Source of the DNA: Octopus bimaculoides | Taxonomy: Eukaryota | Direction of reading: 5' to 3' | Assembly (NCBI RefSeq): GCF_001194135.2 | Contig: NC_068998.1 | Span: 38,260,732-38,324,731, forward strand | Length of the DNA stretch: 64,000 nucleotides | Part shown: in pieces, positions 61,837 to 64,000 of the stretch | Position numbering within the stretch: the first letter of the stretch is position 1 | Layout of the letters: each line of letters starts with the position of its first letter | Notes under the pieces: generated by a model | What the model was told of the DNA's origin: nothing | The model's input: only the letters and a program-made list of their open reading frames with translations | The model's database searches: none | Made by a program: the position numbers and the translations under genes

Positions 61837-63330
61837 CTGAAATCAAAAAGGAGAAACAGTAAATTTTCAATGGAGCTGATATGAGGCTTTAGGAAAATAT
61901 CACATAAATTAAGATTATTTAATTGTTAGCACTTCCCATAAAGTGGTGACCCGCCCAGATATCCAATTTAAAGAGAAAATATTATAGTAAAAGTAACAAG
62001 AACACAATTAATTATACTGCCATACTGTTCGAGTAGTAGGTGCAAAATTATTGAATTCCTAAATTTTACTTTGTGACATAACAACCCCATTATTGAGAAG
62101 TTTTCAATACAAGTGAAGATTTTTGGTAAAAATATGACAGCTGTAAGTGCAGAGGACATCTTTAAATAACAAATAAGTTGATGAGATGAGACTTACATAT
62201 CCTCTGTTCATTACAACAGTTCTTCGGACACCATAACAAATACATTAGTGACAGAATTTAAATGTTTCAAATAAAGCCTCAAGTGCTCAATGAAATAACT
62301 TTATGAAGAGTCAATTATAAGCTGTTTAGTAAAATATATATTTACAATAACAAAATAAACCAGAAAATGTTCATTACTTGATACAAATAATTAGTGTTTA
62401 GATAAGGTAAAACAAACAAAAATTTGAAATACTATCACCAAATTTACATACACACAGAAATATCTAGCAAACACAAAATCTAAAACTTACTAAAATATGC
62501 AAGAATTAATTAATTAAAAAATTAATGTGTATTAATAAGGTTGATATTTTAGTAAAAAGGGGAAAGTATTAAATCTCATTTTTGAGAAGAGCTTCCTTTG
62601 AATTATGCTAAATACTTTTAAGCATATTTATCTAAAACGGTTTCAAAATAAACATTAAGTAGACTTACAAATGAGAGTTGGAAGATAAATAAAGAATGTA
62701 AGGTGAGTAGGTTAACACTACCGCTATAGAGAAAAATAAATCACAGACTCACAACAGGCTTCTTTTTCTTTCATCTCAAACAATATTTTTAAAAAATACA
62801 GGTAATATAAAATAGGGGAAAGATAAAAGCAAATATTTCACAGCCAGGCAGGTGAAGTAGCATGAATCAATGGCTTTGGTTCCCACCACCCTGCTTTCCA
62901 AATACATTCTACTATATGAGGTAAATTAAGGGGTGGAAAAAAATTAAAACTTCCTCAATGCAAAAGTGTGTGTGTAATAATAAATTAACGAGATGTAATA
63001 GGGGAGAATAATATTCATTTTAGGCAAACATTCTTGTCCAAAGAAGAAATAAGGTTTCAACCTTCAATATGGAGAACATTGCACTGTTAATGTAAAGAAG
63101 GAAAATAAATATAATTAATAATTTCAAATTTTGGTGAAAGGCCAGCAAATTTTAGTGGGAGGGTTTAGGTTGATTATGTCAACCCCAGTACTTGACTGGT
63201 ACTTTATTTTATCGAGCCTGAAAGGATGAAAGGCAAAGTTGACCTCAAGGGATAGGAATTCAGAACAGCCAGAACAAATACCACAAACCATTTTGTTCCA
63301 ACGCTCTAACAATTCTGCCAGCTCGCCACC

Positions 63331-63376
<46 letters not shown>

Positions 63377-64000
63377 TAATAATGACAACAATAATGATAA
63401 CTTTAGTGAAGTAATACAAATGTATTCAAAAGGCATTTTCAAAAATAATGTTCATATAAGTTTGCCTTTAATAATTTATCAACTGCTTAAGATAGATTAG
63501 AAAAAGAAAAGAAATGTTATGTTAGATTGGGGTGGGGGAACACCTTAGGCAAAGAGAGAAACAGTTGTTAGTGACAACACAGAAGTGTTAAAGTTTAGTT
63601 TAACAGAAGCAGTTTAAGAACCAGACAGTACAATACACACTTTCACATGTTGGTCAATATACTAAAATTTTTTTGTTTTTACCACATGTGAAAAATAGTT
63701 TAAGAAGCCTCAGCATTCAATATTTACTATTTCACTGAACTAAGAGGAAATGAAATTAATAAAATCTTCCAAATATAGGAATACAAGGCTAATTATAGTA
63801 AATATTTAATATTCAAATAGCACTTATTTGCATGTATCCCATTTCCCTTAACCTGTGTGATACCAATACACACATGAGACTGCCTGTGGTTCAATAACAG
63901 AAATTTCCCCCCCTTTTAAAGTAATCTAAATTATATCATTCTTTCAAAATTTCGTGTTAAATTTATTTTTCAAACAGCAATTTAATAATGACAAAGCCAT

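Noticed and set aside
62150-62230. GTAAGT donor in the ARID1 intron as the preceding exon
   Set aside because: The translation does not give the expected RLT..DI(G) sequence, and the phase does not fit.

Overview
Eukaryotic, repeat-saturated DNA from a gapped short-read-type scaffold (10 N-gaps). The SINE/MITE repertoire, microsatellite load and the one recognisable gene point to an octopus genome (inference, not checked by search). The one secure protein-coding feature is the terminal coding exon of ARID1/Osa (BAF250_C domain; minus strand, 59666-61836). It is followed by a transposon-free stretch of about 4 kb that probably includes a long 3' UTR. Positions 1-55.7 kb are a mosaic of mobile elements: several tRNA-derived SINE families (labelled A, E, F, G, J, K here), RTE-clade LINE remnants and 3' tails (B), a restriction-like-endonuclease non-LTR remnant, decayed hAT and Tc1/mariner transposases, four TTAA-flanked piggyBac-type MITE families, hAT and TA-flanked MITEs, and long foldbacks, often nested. 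Scattered through this are short phase-compatible minus-strand exon candidates that the ORF track cannot show; they may be one or two unannotated genes downstream of ARID1. I found no prokaryotic-type system (no CRISPR, operon or rRNA). Best leads: the hidden exon chain, four ARID1 codons where A-to-I editing would restore the residue I recall in human and fly, the piggyBac-MITE radiation with repeated nesting, and tRNA-head swapping onto a shared SINE tail. Family letters are my own labels. All homology statements come from motif recall, not database searches.
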